From a virus: a stretch of 64,000 nt of DNA. Both the position numbers and the translations under genes were made by a program. The notes under the pieces were generated by a model. It saw nothing but the letters and a program-made list of their open reading frames with translations. It ran no database searches and was not told the DNA's origin. Below are positions 18,713-29,391 of this stretch, piece after piece; positions within the stretch are counted from its first letter, which is position 1; each line of letters opens with the position of its first letter. The DNA lies in IMG/VR virus record IMGVR_UViG_3300043185_000079; one strand, written 5' to 3'.

Positions 18713-19249
18713 GTGCCTGATCCGTTTGCCGGGCTCCGCGTCGTGGACGTTCTCGGGACCTTCTACCGGGAGAATGGCCGTCTGCTCGTGGCGGATGAGT
18801 TCGAGGGGGTCCGCGACGTTGACGCGATGCTCGCTGATTTCGTCGACATGCAGGTGCGGATTCTTGCCCACCACCGCCCGCGTGAGCCCCATGACTCGGC
18901 TCGGTGGGGCGGGGGATGCTGCTACCTCGAGAACACGGGGCAGTGCCACTTTGGTCACCACGAGGATCCCAGCAGACTATTCGTGTTCGATGGCGGCGGG
19001 ATCCTGAAGTTCCTTGCCGGGAGATGGAAGCTCGACGACACCGAAATGTGGTTGGACGCGCTGCTTGGGCACCGGTCTCAGATCGTAGTCATGACCGCCC
19101 CGGATGTTGATGTAATCTCCGAAGGTGTCGCGGCCCTCGACCCCGACAACATGACCAATCCCACGCTCGACGATCTCCTGGAGCGGCTCCGCCAGACCCG
19201 GGACTTCGTCGAGCAGATCAACGATCTCAAGAGCAAGATCGATGGCTGA
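18713..19249 (+). CDS. hypothetical protein with Cys/His cluster
   Basis: GGGCCYLENTGQCHFGHH; overlaps the start of the next gene. Confidence 0.6.
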   Translation: MPDPFAGLRVVDVLGTFYRENGRLLVADEFEGVRDVDAMLADFVDMQVRILAHHRPREPHDSARWGGGCCYLENTGQCHFGHHEDPSRLFVFDGGGILKFLAGRWKLDDTEMWLDALLGHRSQIVVMTAPDVDVISEGVAALDPDNMTNPTLDDLLERLRQTRDFVEQINDLKSKIDG

Positions 19250-21581
19250 GTACTTCTCTGGACGCGTCACCAGCGTGCGGTTCAACAACGCCGCGCAGGC
19301 GTTCTATGTGATGGACATGGAGCTGGAAAACGGGTTCAAGACGACCGTCCGAGGAACGGTGCCGGGCATCGAGGTGCGAGCTGGGTGCTGGTTCGGGTTC
19401 GAGGCGCGGTGGGAGATTCACCAGACGTACGGTCGTCAGCTCGTGATTGAGCGAGCCCCCATCATCCGCGGGGGGTGGAACGCGGAGACGGCCCTCAAGA
19501 TGCTCCAAGGCCATGGCGTGGGCGCCATGGTCTGCCGGCACATCGAGACGCATTTCGGGGACCGAATCCTCGACGCGCTCGGCAACGCACAGCTGCTCCA
19601 GGAGGCGCCAGGTATCTCCGAGTTCACGGCGCAGCTCGTGGTCGGCAGGTGGCACGCGGTACGAGCCATGTTTCAGTCGCTCAAGTTCCTTGGGGACATG
19701 GCACTCCCCAAGGGGAAGACCGAGCAGATTTACGCGCACTTCGGGGACGATGCGGAGAAGATTCTCAGCGAAGACCCGTGGGCTCTCGTGCAGATCGACG
19801 GCATCACTTTTGAGCAGGCCGACGAGGTTGCGCGTCGGCTGAGCCTCGATCTCGGGTCTGACAGGCGACTCAGGGGAGCCGTCCTCCACACATGCAAGAT
19901 GCGTCGCGGTCTCGGACACATCTACCTGGGCTCGGGGGAGATCGTGCAGGGTATTCAGCAGCTCGTGGCGGATGCTGACAAGGGACGGATCGCTAGAACG
20001 CTCAAGGGCCTCCACGACGAGGCGAAGCTGGTGCTCGACAACCGCACGCGAGCTGGAACGACGGCGATCTACGAGCCATGGTTCCATCGCCTCGAGTCCG
20101 AAGCCGCGAGAATGTTGGCGGAGCGTATTGGTGACGCGACGTTGATCGACGAGGCGAGAGCGAAGTATGCGACGCAGTTGGCAACGGTGGGCCCCAGGAC
20201 GACCGAGACCATGGTCAGTGGTGCTGACCTGCCCGCGGTGGCTCGCTCGGCCATTGAGGAGTGGTCGACGCACGGCAACCTGCGGCTTTCCGAGGACCAA
20301 ATGCGAGGGGCTGTGAACGCCCTGGTCGAGCCTGTCTCCATCCTCACCGGGTTGCCGGGTACTGGGAAAACGACCTGCCTGAAGGTCGTCGTCAAGGTGT
20401 TGCAGGATGCCGGCGTGCCGTTTTTGCTCGTCGCGCCGACGGGCATCGCAGCCAAGCGGATCACGGCCGTCACCGGGGCCGAAGCCAGCACCATCCATCG
20501 AGCCTTCGGGGCCAAGGGCGTCGAGTCCGAGGACGAGCGCGAGAGTACGTACGCCGGGATCATCGGGTTCTCTTCGGCAGGCGTGGACTCTGACGGCTCA
20601 AACGAGTCTTGGTCGTACTCAAACATGAGGCCTCACCCAGCGCAGGTCGTGGTCGTCGACGAGAGTTCCATGGTGGACCAGCATCTTCTGTTCCGCCTCC
20701 TTAGCTGCACGAGCCGAAATTGCCGTCTCGTGTTCGTTGGCGACGCGGCACAGTTGCCGTCCGTCGGTCCTGGCAACGTCCTCCGGGACATGATCACCTT
20801 GCGACATTTTCCGACCGTTGCGCTCAAGGAGATCTTCCGACAGGACGAGGCGTCGGACATCGTGATCGCGGCCCACGCGATCAACGCGGGCAATCCTCCG
20901 CGGTTCTCTCACAAGTCTCGAGACTTCACATTTGTCGATGTGCGCGACGAGAACGCGATCCTTGAGACGTTGGTATCGACGGTCGCTAAGCTCTTTGAGC
21001 GTCGCGCCAACTTCCAGGTCCTCAGTCCGCGTCACTCGGGGGTCCTTGGGGTCACGAACCTTAATCTCAGGATTCGCGAGTTGCTCAACCCACGAACTCC
21101 CGGTCTCCGCGAGATCCGACTCGGGTCGGAGACGATCCGCGAGGGCGACCGTGTCATGGTGTCCAAGAACAACTATCGGTACGAGATCTTCAACGGAGAC
21201 GTTGGGAAGGTCGTGAGCCTCGACGAGAAGGCGAAGCTCGTGACAATCAAGATCCATGGGCCGCCGGTCATGCAGGTCCAGATCCCGTTTCGCGATGCCC
21301 CGTCCCACCTGCGGATGGCCTACGCAGTTACGGTGCACAAGTCGCAAGGCCAAGAGTACGACGTAATCCTCATGCCCTGGGTGCTGGGGTTCAAGGCACA
21401 ACTCCAGAGAAATCTTCTCTACACGGCAATCACCCGAGCAAGGCGCAAGGTAATCCTGATTGGCCACCCAGAGGCCTTGGAACGAGCGGTCATGAACGGT
21501 AAGGAAGATACCAGGAACACGCTTTTCCCAGACCGCCTCGAGAGTTTTTTGAATGTGCCCCGGCAGTGCACGGCGGGGTAA
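19242..21581 (+). CDS. recD2: RecD2-like SF1B helicase
   Basis: N-terminal OB and HhH domains; GLPGTGKT, DESSM, GDAAQLPSVG, NGDVG and YAVTVHKSQG. Confidence 0.93.
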   Translation: MAEYFSGRVTSVRFNNAAQAFYVMDMELENGFKTTVRGTVPGIEVRAGCWFGFEARWEIHQTYGRQLVIERAPIIRGGWNAETALKMLQGHGVGAMVCRHIETHFGDRILDALGNAQLLQEAPGISEFTAQLVVGRWHAVRAMFQSLKFLGDMALPKGKTEQIYAHFGDDAEKILSEDPWALVQIDGITFEQADEVARRLSLDLGSDRRLRGAVLHTCKMRRGLGHIYLGSGEIVQGIQQLVADADKGRIARTLKGLHDEAKLVLDNRTRAGTTAIYEPWFHRLESEAARMLAERIGDATLIDEARAKYATQLATVGPRTTETMVSGADLPAVARSAIEEWSTHGNLRLSEDQMRGAVNALVEPVSILTGLPGTGKTTCLKVVVKVLQDAGVPFLLVAPTGIAAKRITAVTGAEASTIHRAFGAKGVESEDERESTYAGIIGFSSAGVDSDGSNESWSYSNMRPHPAQVVVVDESSMVDQHLLFRLLSCTSRNCRLVFVGDAAQLPSVGPGNVLRDMITLRHFPTVALKEIFRQDEASDIVIAAHAINAGNPPRFSHKSRDFTFVDVRDENAILETLVSTVAKLFERRANFQVLSPRHSGVLGVTNLNLRIRELLNPRTPGLREIRLGSETIREGDRVMVSKNNYRYEIFNGDVGKVVSLDEKAKLVTIKIHGPPVMQVQIPFRDAPSHLRMAYAVTVHKSQGQEYDVILMPWVLGFKAQLQRNLLYTAITRARRKVILIGHPEALERAVMNGKEDTRNTLFPDRLESFLNVPRQCTAG

Positions 21582-21607
21582 ACAGGAGGACCGAACTCGG
21601 TCTCACC

Positions 21608-22039
21608 ATGGCGACGAGCCTTTCCAGCCGCCCGACGAGGGGAGAAATCCGACAGAAGCTCCAGACGATTCGGCGGGGCATTCGCATCACCAAGATCACG
21701 TGCACGCGTTCGGTGAAGGGCCGCACCGGCGACTCGTTCGTCGGGTTCTCGGCCGCTTGGCAGGCAGTCCAGGACGAGGCGGATCATGTTGATCTAGGTG
21801 AAGAATCCGCTGCCGCTTCGCAGGGAATCTCGATCAAGGATGCGAGACTCGCTCGGTACATGCTGGCGCTCGAGTGTGACGTCGCGGCTCTTGAGTCGGC
21901 CTACGCCAACGGGTCGATCACCCAGGAGTACTTCCGCGACGCCGTTCGGGGCGTCAGGCATAACTACAACCAGCTCATCCTCAACGAGATGGGAGCCACC
22001 CCCGATGACGTCGAAGACCGTGGACACGAAAACCGTTGA
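21608..22039 (+). CDS. hypothetical protein
   Basis: AGGAGG upstream; 143 aa. Confidence 0.6.
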   Translation: MATSLSSRPTRGEIRQKLQTIRRGIRITKITCTRSVKGRTGDSFVGFSAAWQAVQDEADHVDLGEESAAASQGISIKDARLARYMLALECDVAALESAYANGSITQEYFRDAVRGVRHNYNQLILNEMGATPDDVEDRGHENR

Positions 22040-22997
22040 ACCGGAAACGCCCGTTGTGGACCAGGACCGTCTGCGGGGCACGTACACCGAGCTGAGGAAG
22101 ATGGAGGTTCACCTCGATCCTAATCCGCTGGAGTACGGTCCCAAGAGGTTCAACAATCGGATCGCGCATGTCCGCGCCATCTTGAACCGCATCGAGCAGA
22201 TTTACCTCCAGACGGCCGAGGATCTGCACTTCCTGCGCCGGATCATCAACGTCAAGCGAGGGCTCTACGAGCTGGAGCGGCGGGAACTCATGGTCAACGA
22301 TCCCAAGTGCCGCGTTGGTCGTTCACAGGGAGAACGTGAAGCCCTCGCCGATGTGCAGCTACGGTCGCATATCGAGAGCATCCAGAAGCTGGAGTTGGCT
22401 GCGTACGATCTTGAGACGGTGATGATGTCCATCAAGTCGAGGCGGACCGACATCAAGAATGCACAGAGTAAGATGCGCGATCAGATGACGATGATCGAGC
22501 ACGACCTCAGCATGGGTGCACAGTGGGGGCGGAAAGCAGTTCCCGATCTCTCGGTCGGGCTCGAGTCCCTCGACGCCGTTCTCTCGCAGATCGATCAGAA
22601 CCTCGGGGTGGTGGCCGATGAGAGCGATGAGAGCGATGAGAGCGATGAGAGCGATGAGAGCGATGAGAGCGATGAGAGCGATGAGAGCGATGAGAGCGAT
22701 GAGAGCGATGAGAGCGACATGCCCGTGGCCGCGTCTGGGCTCCTGCCCCTCGACCCAGCACCCAAGGCTGCCCTTGAGCCGGTGATCGTCCTGGGGGAGC
22801 CGGATGGCTCGGACATCGATGCGTTGCTCGGGGGAGATGATGCGGAGCCCCTTCTTCCGCAGGGCTCCGGTACGCAAGACGACGCAGACGACTTCCTCGC
22901 CAGTCTCGGCAGTATCGATCAGAGCGAGTTGATCGGTCCCGAACCACAGGCAGGTGGCGGTATCGACGACCTCATCGCCTCCCTCACAGACGACTAA
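22005..22997 (+). CDS. helical protein with acidic tail; possible UvsY-like recombination mediator
   Basis: Long helical N-half, (DES)11 and an acidic C-terminus; lies next to SSB-like, RuvC and RecA genes. Confidence 0.5.
   Translation: MTSKTVDTKTVEPETPVVDQDRLRGTYTELRKMEVHLDPNPLEYGPKRFNNRIAHVRAILNRIEQIYLQTAEDLHFLRRIINVKRGLYELERRELMVNDPKCRVGRSQGEREALADVQLRSHIESIQKLELAAYDLETVMMSIKSRRTDIKNAQSKMRDQMTMIEHDLSMGAQWGRKAVPDLSVGLESLDAVLSQIDQNLGVVADESDESDESDESDESDESDESDESDESDESDESDMPVAASGLLPLDPAPKAALEPVIVLGEPDGSDIDALLGGDDAEPLLPQGSGTQDDADDFLASLGSIDQSELIGPEPQAGGGIDDLIASLTDD
22617..22715 (+). repeat. perfect 9-bp tandem repeat (GATGAGAGC)x11
   Basis: Read directly; encodes (DES)11 in frame. Confidence 0.97.
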
Positions 22998-23081
22998 ATC
23001 CTTGATGGCGTGAAGGGGTAAAAGCCTCGACACGGCACGTCTGAACCAGACCCGCCCAGTCACAACCAAAAGGAATCAGAA

Positions 23082-23843
23082 ATGAGCACCGCATTCCAGT
23101 CTTTCGGTTTCGGCCACGGAGATAACAGCATCACGGGACGTCTGCAGAAGTTCAAGGGCGAGAAGGGCAAGACGTATCGCCTTGGTTTCGTATGGTGGGA
23201 GGGCATGGATGGCAACCGGGAGTTCACGGTCAACGATTTGACCCCGCCTCCCGATGCCGCCGAGGAAGAGCTGACCCCAAAGTTCGTCGGAGCCCAGCGC
23301 CACCTCATCCAGGGTGTCGGCTACGTCATCAACAAGGGCCCCGAGTGGACGCAGCTCGCGGGCTCCCCTCCGCGCATGGCGATCGCCACCATCATCGTCG
23401 TGTGGCCGCTCGGGAAGAATGGCCAGCCGACGAAGGACACCCTCTTCGGGCAGCAGCCCGACGTACAGCCCTGGGTATTCGGACAGGACAAGTACGAGAA
23501 GCTCAGGAAGATGCACCAGTCGGGCTATCCGATGTACGACTACGACGTGCAGGCCGACTGCGAGGAGAGCCAGTTCCAGAAGTTCAACTTCCTTCCCGCG
23601 AAGCAGAACATATTCAAGGAGATGCTCAAGGCCAACAGCCAGCAGGCGAAGGACGTGGCCAAGTTCATCATCGATCGCGTGCGCGCCATCGTGCCCGGGA
23701 TCGAGCGCGAGATCGGCCAGAACCTCACGCTCGACCAGCTCCGCGAGAAGATGGGCCAGTCGGTGCAGAACCCGACAGGGGGAAGCGCCGTCGCTGGCGA
23801 CCAGGAGGTGGACAACATCCTCGGGTCGATGCTGGAGGACTAG
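23082..23843 (+). CDS. putative ssDNA-binding protein (gp32-like role)
   Basis: AAGGA RBS, aromatic beta-rich core, acidic tail EVDNILGSMLED, and gene context. Confidence 0.5.
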   Translation: MSTAFQSFGFGHGDNSITGRLQKFKGEKGKTYRLGFVWWEGMDGNREFTVNDLTPPPDAAEEELTPKFVGAQRHLIQGVGYVINKGPEWTQLAGSPPRMAIATIIVVWPLGKNGQPTKDTLFGQQPDVQPWVFGQDKYEKLRKMHQSGYPMYDYDVQADCEESQFQKFNFLPAKQNIFKEMLKANSQQAKDVAKFIIDRVRAIVPGIEREIGQNLTLDQLREKMGQSVQNPTGGSAVAGDQEVDNILGSMLED

Positions 23844-23888
23844 GACGACCATCCTGGTGATGCCCCTGTTGAGGCCGGCGAGGAAATC

Positions 23889-24557
23889 GTGAGAGTCCTC
23901 GGACTCGACCCCTCGCTCACGAACTATGGGTGGGCGCTCCACGACACCGAGGGCGTGGGCGGGGGGCGATGCCTCGATAAGGGCAGATTCAGGACCAAGC
24001 CGCGCGACTTTCGAGACGAGATTTCCCGGTACGTGCATCTTCGTGAGAGCCTGCGCGGCAAGATCGAGGAACTCCGTCCCGATGCCGCGGGGATCGAACA
24101 TCCGGTGTTCGGGGAGGACTACTCGGAGGGCATGTACGGGCTCTTCCTGTTCAGTCTTGAGGTCCTCAAGGATTCGCGTCTCGATGTCGTCTTCTTCGCT
24201 CCTCCACAAGTCAAGCGCCATGCGAAGGACATCCTCGATCGACCGAAGGGGTGGAAGATGGCGAAGTCCGATATGGTCGATGCGGCTCGGGAGGACACCG
24301 ATGGTGGTCGGTGGGATCACAACGAGGCTGACGCCTATCACGTTGCGTGCATGGCTGGCCGGTTCTGGGGGCTCTACTCGGGGCAGATCGGAACGGACGT
24401 GCTCACCCCGTACGAGAACAAGCTGTTCACCGAGATCAGGACCATCACGCGGGGCAAACGGGCAGGCCAGGTACAGATCAAGGGTATCCTGCATCGAGAG
24501 TCCGAGCGTTTCTTCCTGTGGTCATCTTCCGCGAAAGCGGTGAAACGGAAAGCGTAG
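23889..24557 (+). CDS. ruvC: RuvC-like Holliday junction resolvase
   Basis: VLGLDPSLTNYG, GIEHP and HNEADA acidic motifs. Confidence 0.85.
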   Translation: MRVLGLDPSLTNYGWALHDTEGVGGGRCLDKGRFRTKPRDFRDEISRYVHLRESLRGKIEELRPDAAGIEHPVFGEDYSEGMYGLFLFSLEVLKDSRLDVVFFAPPQVKRHAKDILDRPKGWKMAKSDMVDAAREDTDGGRWDHNEADAYHVACMAGRFWGLYSGQIGTDVLTPYENKLFTEIRTITRGKRAGQVQIKGILHRESERFFLWSSSAKAVKRKA

Positions 24558-24567
24558 ACATACGACC

Positions 24568-25836
24568 ATGGCCAAGAAGACCAAGAAACCCTCGGGGGCC
24601 GAGCCCGCTAAGCCCAAGAAGCCGACCTCGAAGAAGTCCTCCCCGCTCACGCAGGCGTCGGAACTTCTGAAGCAAGCGTTGAAGGGGGACGACTGGAAGG
24701 CCGACCTCGACCCGAAGAATCTGCGGCAGCCCCTTCCCCACCTGTCCAGTGGGTCCTTGGTGATCGATCATCTGATCGGGGGCAAGGCTAACGCTAACGG
24801 CGTCTCGCCGTGTCCCGGGTTCCCTCGCGGGAGAATCCTCAACCTTTACGGTCACGAGGGCTCTGGTAAGACGACGATCGCCCTGCAGTCGTCGGCCGAG
24901 ACGATCAGGGCCGGTGGAACCGTCTGCTACATCGACTGGGAGCACGAGATCGTTCCTGGATACGCTCACGCTCTCGGAGTCCCGATCGGCGACGAGTCGA
25001 AATTCATGCTCTGCCAGCCCGATACGTTGGACGATGGAGTGGCGATCCTGTGGACAATGGCCTCGGCCGGCGTCGACCTCATCGTCCTGGACTCGGTTGG
25101 GGCAGGAGTGCCCAAGGCGTTCTTCGAGAAGTCAATCAAGGAGACCGCGGACCAGGGTCGGGTCGGGATGAATGCTGCCGTGTGGTCGCAGTTTTTGCCC
25201 AAGCTTAAGGCACGGATCAATAAGACCAAGTCGACCGTGATCGGCATCTCGCAGATCCGCGATGCCATCAACACGATGGGCTACGGTGACAAGATCACGG
25301 TCCAAGGAGGCAAGGCGTGGAAGTTTTACTCGGCCGTGCGCCTCCGGCTGCAGAAGGTTGGAACGGAGAAGGCTAGCGACTACTCTTCGCTTGTCAACAA
25401 GGCACAGGACCGTGTCGTGGGGGCTTTGATCAAGGCGAAGCTCGACAAGTGCAAGGTCTCATCTCAGCAGGGCAACGAGGAGAACTTCTACATCAGGTGG
25501 GGCGAGGGTATCGACAACACCCGCTCGTTGATCGAGATCGCGGTCGCCCACAAGATCATCGCCAAGAACGGAGCCCACTTCCGGTGGACAGCTCCCGATG
25601 GGACCGAACAAGCGCGCCAGGGCATGGACAAGCTCCGCCAGATGTTCATCGATAACGCGCTGTGGGCCAAGTTGCTCGAGAAGCAAGTGAAGCCTCACAT
25701 GGCCATGTCGGGTGAATCCAGTGACGATGACGAGGAAGACGATCCGGAGATGTACGATCAGGACGCCTTCACGATCGACGCGGAGATCGGAGAGATTCTC
25801 GGTTCGATCACGGACGGAGGCGAGGGCGAAGGGTAG
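24568..25836 (+). CDS. recA: RecA recombinase
   Basis: GHEGSGKTT, IDWEH, VLDSVGA, ISQIR and GGKAWKFYSAVR. Confidence 0.93.
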   Translation: MAKKTKKPSGAEPAKPKKPTSKKSSPLTQASELLKQALKGDDWKADLDPKNLRQPLPHLSSGSLVIDHLIGGKANANGVSPCPGFPRGRILNLYGHEGSGKTTIALQSSAETIRAGGTVCYIDWEHEIVPGYAHALGVPIGDESKFMLCQPDTLDDGVAILWTMASAGVDLIVLDSVGAGVPKAFFEKSIKETADQGRVGMNAAVWSQFLPKLKARINKTKSTVIGISQIRDAINTMGYGDKITVQGGKAWKFYSAVRLRLQKVGTEKASDYSSLVNKAQDRVVGALIKAKLDKCKVSSQQGNEENFYIRWGEGIDNTRSLIEIAVAHKIIAKNGAHFRWTAPDGTEQARQGMDKLRQMFIDNALWAKLLEKQVKPHMAMSGESSDDDEEDDPEMYDQDAFTIDAEIGEILGSITDGGEGEG

Positions 25837-25844
25837 GGTCTGTT

Positions 25845-27083
25845 GTGCCCCTGAAGGTCCGCGTCAGAAACTTCCAATCGATCGCCGACGCCGAAATCGA
25901 GATCGACGGTTTCACGGTCGTGACCGGGACGAACAACGCTGGGAAGTCGGCGATGCTCCGTGCGATCCGGGGGGCTTTCACGAATGCCCGGGGCTCGGAC
26001 TTCGTGCGCCTGGGGGCTTCCCACTGCACGGTCGACATCATGTTCGATGACGGCCAGACGCTGCGCTGGGAGAAGGGTGACAAGGGTGTCAACAACTATG
26101 TCATCAACGGGAGGTCCTTCAAGAAGGTTGGCCACGGGGTTCCTCCCGAGGCCCGAGTCTTCGGCGTCGAACCCATCGTCGTGAATGACGTCGAGCTTTG
26201 GCCGCAGATCGCCCCGCAAGTCACCGGCGTCAGTTTCCTCCTCGACCAGCCGGGGGCTGTCATTGCGGAAGCGGTCGCGGACGTCGGCCGGGTCAACCAG
26301 CTCACGCGCGCTCTGAAGTCGTGCGAATCGGACCGTAGGACGGCGCGAGGCGATCTCAAGACTCGCCGGGACGACGCAGGGACTCTCGCGGCGAGGAGGG
26401 AAAAATTCGACGGTCTCGACGCCGCCGTGTCCGTCCTTGATGACCTGACGACGCGCAGAGATCGGGCCGAGCGGACGTCGACCGCAGCTCGCAACCTCAC
26501 CAAGCTGCGCGACCGAATACGCCAAGCCTACGAGGCGGTTGAGCGCCTGCAGGGACTCGACATGGCGGCGGAGGGACTCCCAGACGAGGATCGTGTCGGT
26601 CAGACCGTCGACGCCCAGGGCGCCGTCTCCACGGTCCGGTCGCTCCAGAAGCGACACGCCCAGGCATCGAGGAGTGTGGTCGCCTTGGCCGGGCTGGACG
26701 AGGCCGGAGTCCTGCTCCCCTCCGACGAGAGGGTGACTCACGTCGAGAAGTTTCGGCAGGCCCTTGGGATCACCGTCACGCTCTCCATGAGGCTCGAGGA
26801 GGCACAGAAGGAGCTGAGCCAGGCTCGGGAGGCCGACGCCGTCGTGTCCCGGCTCTCGCTCGACGACGGGCCCGCGGACAAGGCCGACCGCATGAAGAGG
26901 GCGCTGTCGAAGATGCGGGATCTTGCCCGGAGGCTGTCGCAGGTTCGGCAAGAGGTCACGACGCTTGATGCAGAGACCGCGAGGCTGGAGGGAGAGCATG
27001 GCGTGATCGATGCGCGCGCGCGTGAAATCCTTGGATCCTACGAGGAGTGCCCCACATGCGGCAAGATCCTCGGCTCCGCGTGA
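25845..27083 (+). CDS. sbcC: SbcC/Rad50 N-terminal half (Walker A, coiled coil, Zn hook)
   Basis: RNFQS, GTNNAGKS, coiled coil; ends at CPTCG. Confidence 0.85.
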   Translation: MPLKVRVRNFQSIADAEIEIDGFTVVTGTNNAGKSAMLRAIRGAFTNARGSDFVRLGASHCTVDIMFDDGQTLRWEKGDKGVNNYVINGRSFKKVGHGVPPEARVFGVEPIVVNDVELWPQIAPQVTGVSFLLDQPGAVIAEAVADVGRVNQLTRALKSCESDRRTARGDLKTRRDDAGTLAARREKFDGLDAAVSVLDDLTTRRDRAERTSTAARNLTKLRDRIRQAYEAVERLQGLDMAAEGLPDEDRVGQTVDAQGAVSTVRSLQKRHAQASRSVVALAGLDEAGVLLPSDERVTHVEKFRQALGITVTLSMRLEEAQKELSQAREADAVVSRLSLDDGPADKADRMKRALSKMRDLARRLSQVRQEVTTLDAETARLEGEHGVIDARAREILGSYEECPTCGKILGSA

Positions 27084-27144
27084 TTTCCCGGGTCATGGGC
27101 GACCTCGTTGTGTAGAAACCTGAACTCTCCCGTACAGGCCCACC

Positions 27145-29391
27145 ATGCACTTCGACGTCGACACCCACACGATCTTCCTCGGGGTTACCGGGTCGCACGC
27201 GTACGGCATGGCGCGGGCCGGCTCCGACGTCGACGTGCGCGGAGCCTGCATCCCGCCCCGGGAGGTACGGGACAGCCACTACAAGGTGTTTGAGCAGTTT
27301 CTCGTCCAACAGCAACGAGGGGCCTGGGGTCCCGGTCCTGCTGCGCAGGCGATCGAGAACATCCTTGCACACCCGACCGCGGGCGAGTCGTATCGCCAGA
27401 GCGACCCGGTCTTCCGTCGGGCAAACGGTGTGGTGGACCTCTGCATCTACTCCCTGGCCAAGCTCGTGGCATTGGCCGCCAACAACAATCCAAACGTCCT
27501 TGAGCTGCTGTTCCTGGACGAGCGTGACGTCCTCTACGCCGATGCCAAGTGGCGTCGTATCGTGGAGCATCGTGACATCTTCCTCTCGCGCAAGTGCAAG
27601 CACACGTACCTCGGGTACGCCCACGCGCAGCTTAAGCGCATCAAGGGGCACCGGGAGTGGCTCCTCAATCCGCCGACGACGGAGCCCACGCGGAAGGACT
27701 TCGATTTGCCCGAGGAGTCTGTGTTGCCCGCCGACGTTCGCAACCAGATTGACGAGGTTGTGAAGAAGATCATCGGTGGTTGGAAGGTCGACGACGGGCT
27801 GGATGTGCTGAGCGGGGCCACGCTGGACGTGCTCATGGGGAGGATGCGGGAGTTCCACGCGACGCTGCTGGCTTGCACGGATGACATGCTCGACGAGAAG
27901 GTCTACGAGCTGGGTGCCGCGAGCATCGGGTTGAGCAAGGACGTGCTCTACGCCATCCGGCAGGAGCGGCGCTACCGTGCCGCTCGCAAGCACTGGGAGC
28001 AGTATCAACGGTGGATCAGGGAGCGTAACCCGGCGCGAGCCGAGCTGGAGGCGAAGTACGGCTTCGACTGCTACTCGGCGGACACGCAGTTCTTGACCGA
28101 GAACGGGTGGAAGTGTTTCGACGAGATCCAGGCGGGGGAGAGGCTCGCCACGGTCCATGTTGGGCGCGACATGCCGCATCGGAGGTTCGGATCGCTGGAA
28201 TACCAGGCCCCGACAGAGAGGTTTGACGGCACGTTCACCGGCAACATGTACCACTTCGGAGGGCACAACACAGACGTGCTCGTGACCCCAAACCATCGGA
28301 TGCTTTATCGTCAGGTCTCGCGAAGAAGAGGCGAAACGTATGGTGTCGTGATGGAGGAGGCGGCCCGGATGCCCGACGCCTTCGACTTCGTGCGGACGAT
28401 CCGACCGCGCACGAAGACGTACGGCACGAGGAGGTTGTTCGCGGAGATCCCGATCAAGCCGGAGGCGTTTCTACGCCTGATGGGGTGGTATCTGACTGAT
28501 GGCTCCGCCAACATGCGGAAAGGGAAGCGGAGAACCAGCGTTCACGACGTTCGCGTCAGCCAGAAGAAGAACGGACGCTCTCACGGAGAGATGGTCAAGT
28601 TCCAGAACAGGTACGGTAAGGCCCTTCAGAGTTCGATGTACGCCTACGACAAGAAGGGTCTCTCCGGTGATCCGATCACGGAGATCGTCCTGTCGGTCCG
28701 ACACCGCGGAGTCTGTGAGAGAATCGTGTCCGAGTGTGGTCGCACCGACAACAAGCGTATCCCGCGGTGGGTGTTCTCGCTGTCCAAGAGACACATGGAG
28801 ACCCTGTTTGACGCGATGTGTGGGGGTGACGGCACAGTTAAGCGAAGCTGGATCTACTACTCCTCCTTGAAAGGACTCGCCGACGACGTCAATGAACTGG
28901 CTCTGCACTGCGGCTGGGAAACCTCTCTGTGGGGTCCGTACGCAATCCCTACCGACCTCAGTCCTGACTGTGTCATGTACCATGTTCACGTCGACAAGCA
29001 CGCGGAGGAGTTCCAGAGGTTCGTCAGGAACAAGAGCATCGATCTGAATCCGGTGAAGAACCATCGCATTGTATGCTTCACGGTTCCGAACGGCACGCTC
29101 ATTACCCGCCGCAATGGCCGTGTGGGCATCCACGGGAACAGCAAGCACGGCGCCCATCTGATCAGGCTCATGAGGACGGGGCACGAGATTCTCACCGAGG
29201 GCGTTCTCCGAGTACGCAGGCCGGATGCGGAGGAACTGCTGGCGATCCGAGATGGGGCGTTGAGCTACGACGAGCTGATCGCGGAAGCGGAGCGGATCGA
29301 GAAGGCGGTGCTCGAGGCCGAGGTATCTTCCAAGCTGCCCAAGGCGCCCCAGGTCGAGCGGATCGACGAGGTGTTGCTGTCGATCCTGTAG
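27145..29391 (+). CDS. Pol beta-superfamily nucleotidyltransferase (YcgL/RlaP-like), intein-containing
   Basis: GSHAYG...SDVDVRG, NNNPNVLELLF, and GFD|SKHGAHLIRL after intein removal. Confidence 0.85.
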   Translation: MHFDVDTHTIFLGVTGSHAYGMARAGSDVDVRGACIPPREVRDSHYKVFEQFLVQQQRGAWGPGPAAQAIENILAHPTAGESYRQSDPVFRRANGVVDLCIYSLAKLVALAANNNPNVLELLFLDERDVLYADAKWRRIVEHRDIFLSRKCKHTYLGYAHAQLKRIKGHREWLLNPPTTEPTRKDFDLPEESVLPADVRNQIDEVVKKIIGGWKVDDGLDVLSGATLDVLMGRMREFHATLLACTDDMLDEKVYELGAASIGLSKDVLYAIRQERRYRAARKHWEQYQRWIRERNPARAELEAKYGFDCYSADTQFLTENGWKCFDEIQAGERLATVHVGRDMPHRRFGSLEYQAPTERFDGTFTGNMYHFGGHNTDVLVTPNHRMLYRQVSRRRGETYGVVMEEAARMPDAFDFVRTIRPRTKTYGTRRLFAEIPIKPEAFLRLMGWYLTDGSANMRKGKRRTSVHDVRVSQKKNGRSHGEMVKFQNRYGKALQSSMYAYDKKGLSGDPITEIVLSVRHRGVCERIVSECGRTDNKRIPRWVFSLSKRHMETLFDAMCGGDGTVKRSWIYYSSLKGLADDVNELALHCGWETSLWGPYAIPTDLSPDCVMYHVHVDKHAEEFQRFVRNKSIDLNPVKNHRIVCFTVPNGTLITRRNGRVGIHGNSKHGAHLIRLMRTGHEILTEGVLRVRRPDAEELLAIRDGALSYDELIAEAERIEKAVLEAEVSSKLPKAPQVERIDEVLLSIL
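28069..29139 (+). mobile_element. intein (357 aa) with LAGLIDADG-type endonuclease in the nucleotidyltransferase
   Basis: CYSADT...VTPNHRM...LMGWYLTDG...AMCGGDG...CFTVPNG...HGN|S. Confidence 0.9.

Noticed and set aside
22617-22715. Repeat array as CRISPR
   Set aside because: Contiguous 9-bp units with no spacers, in frame within a gene.
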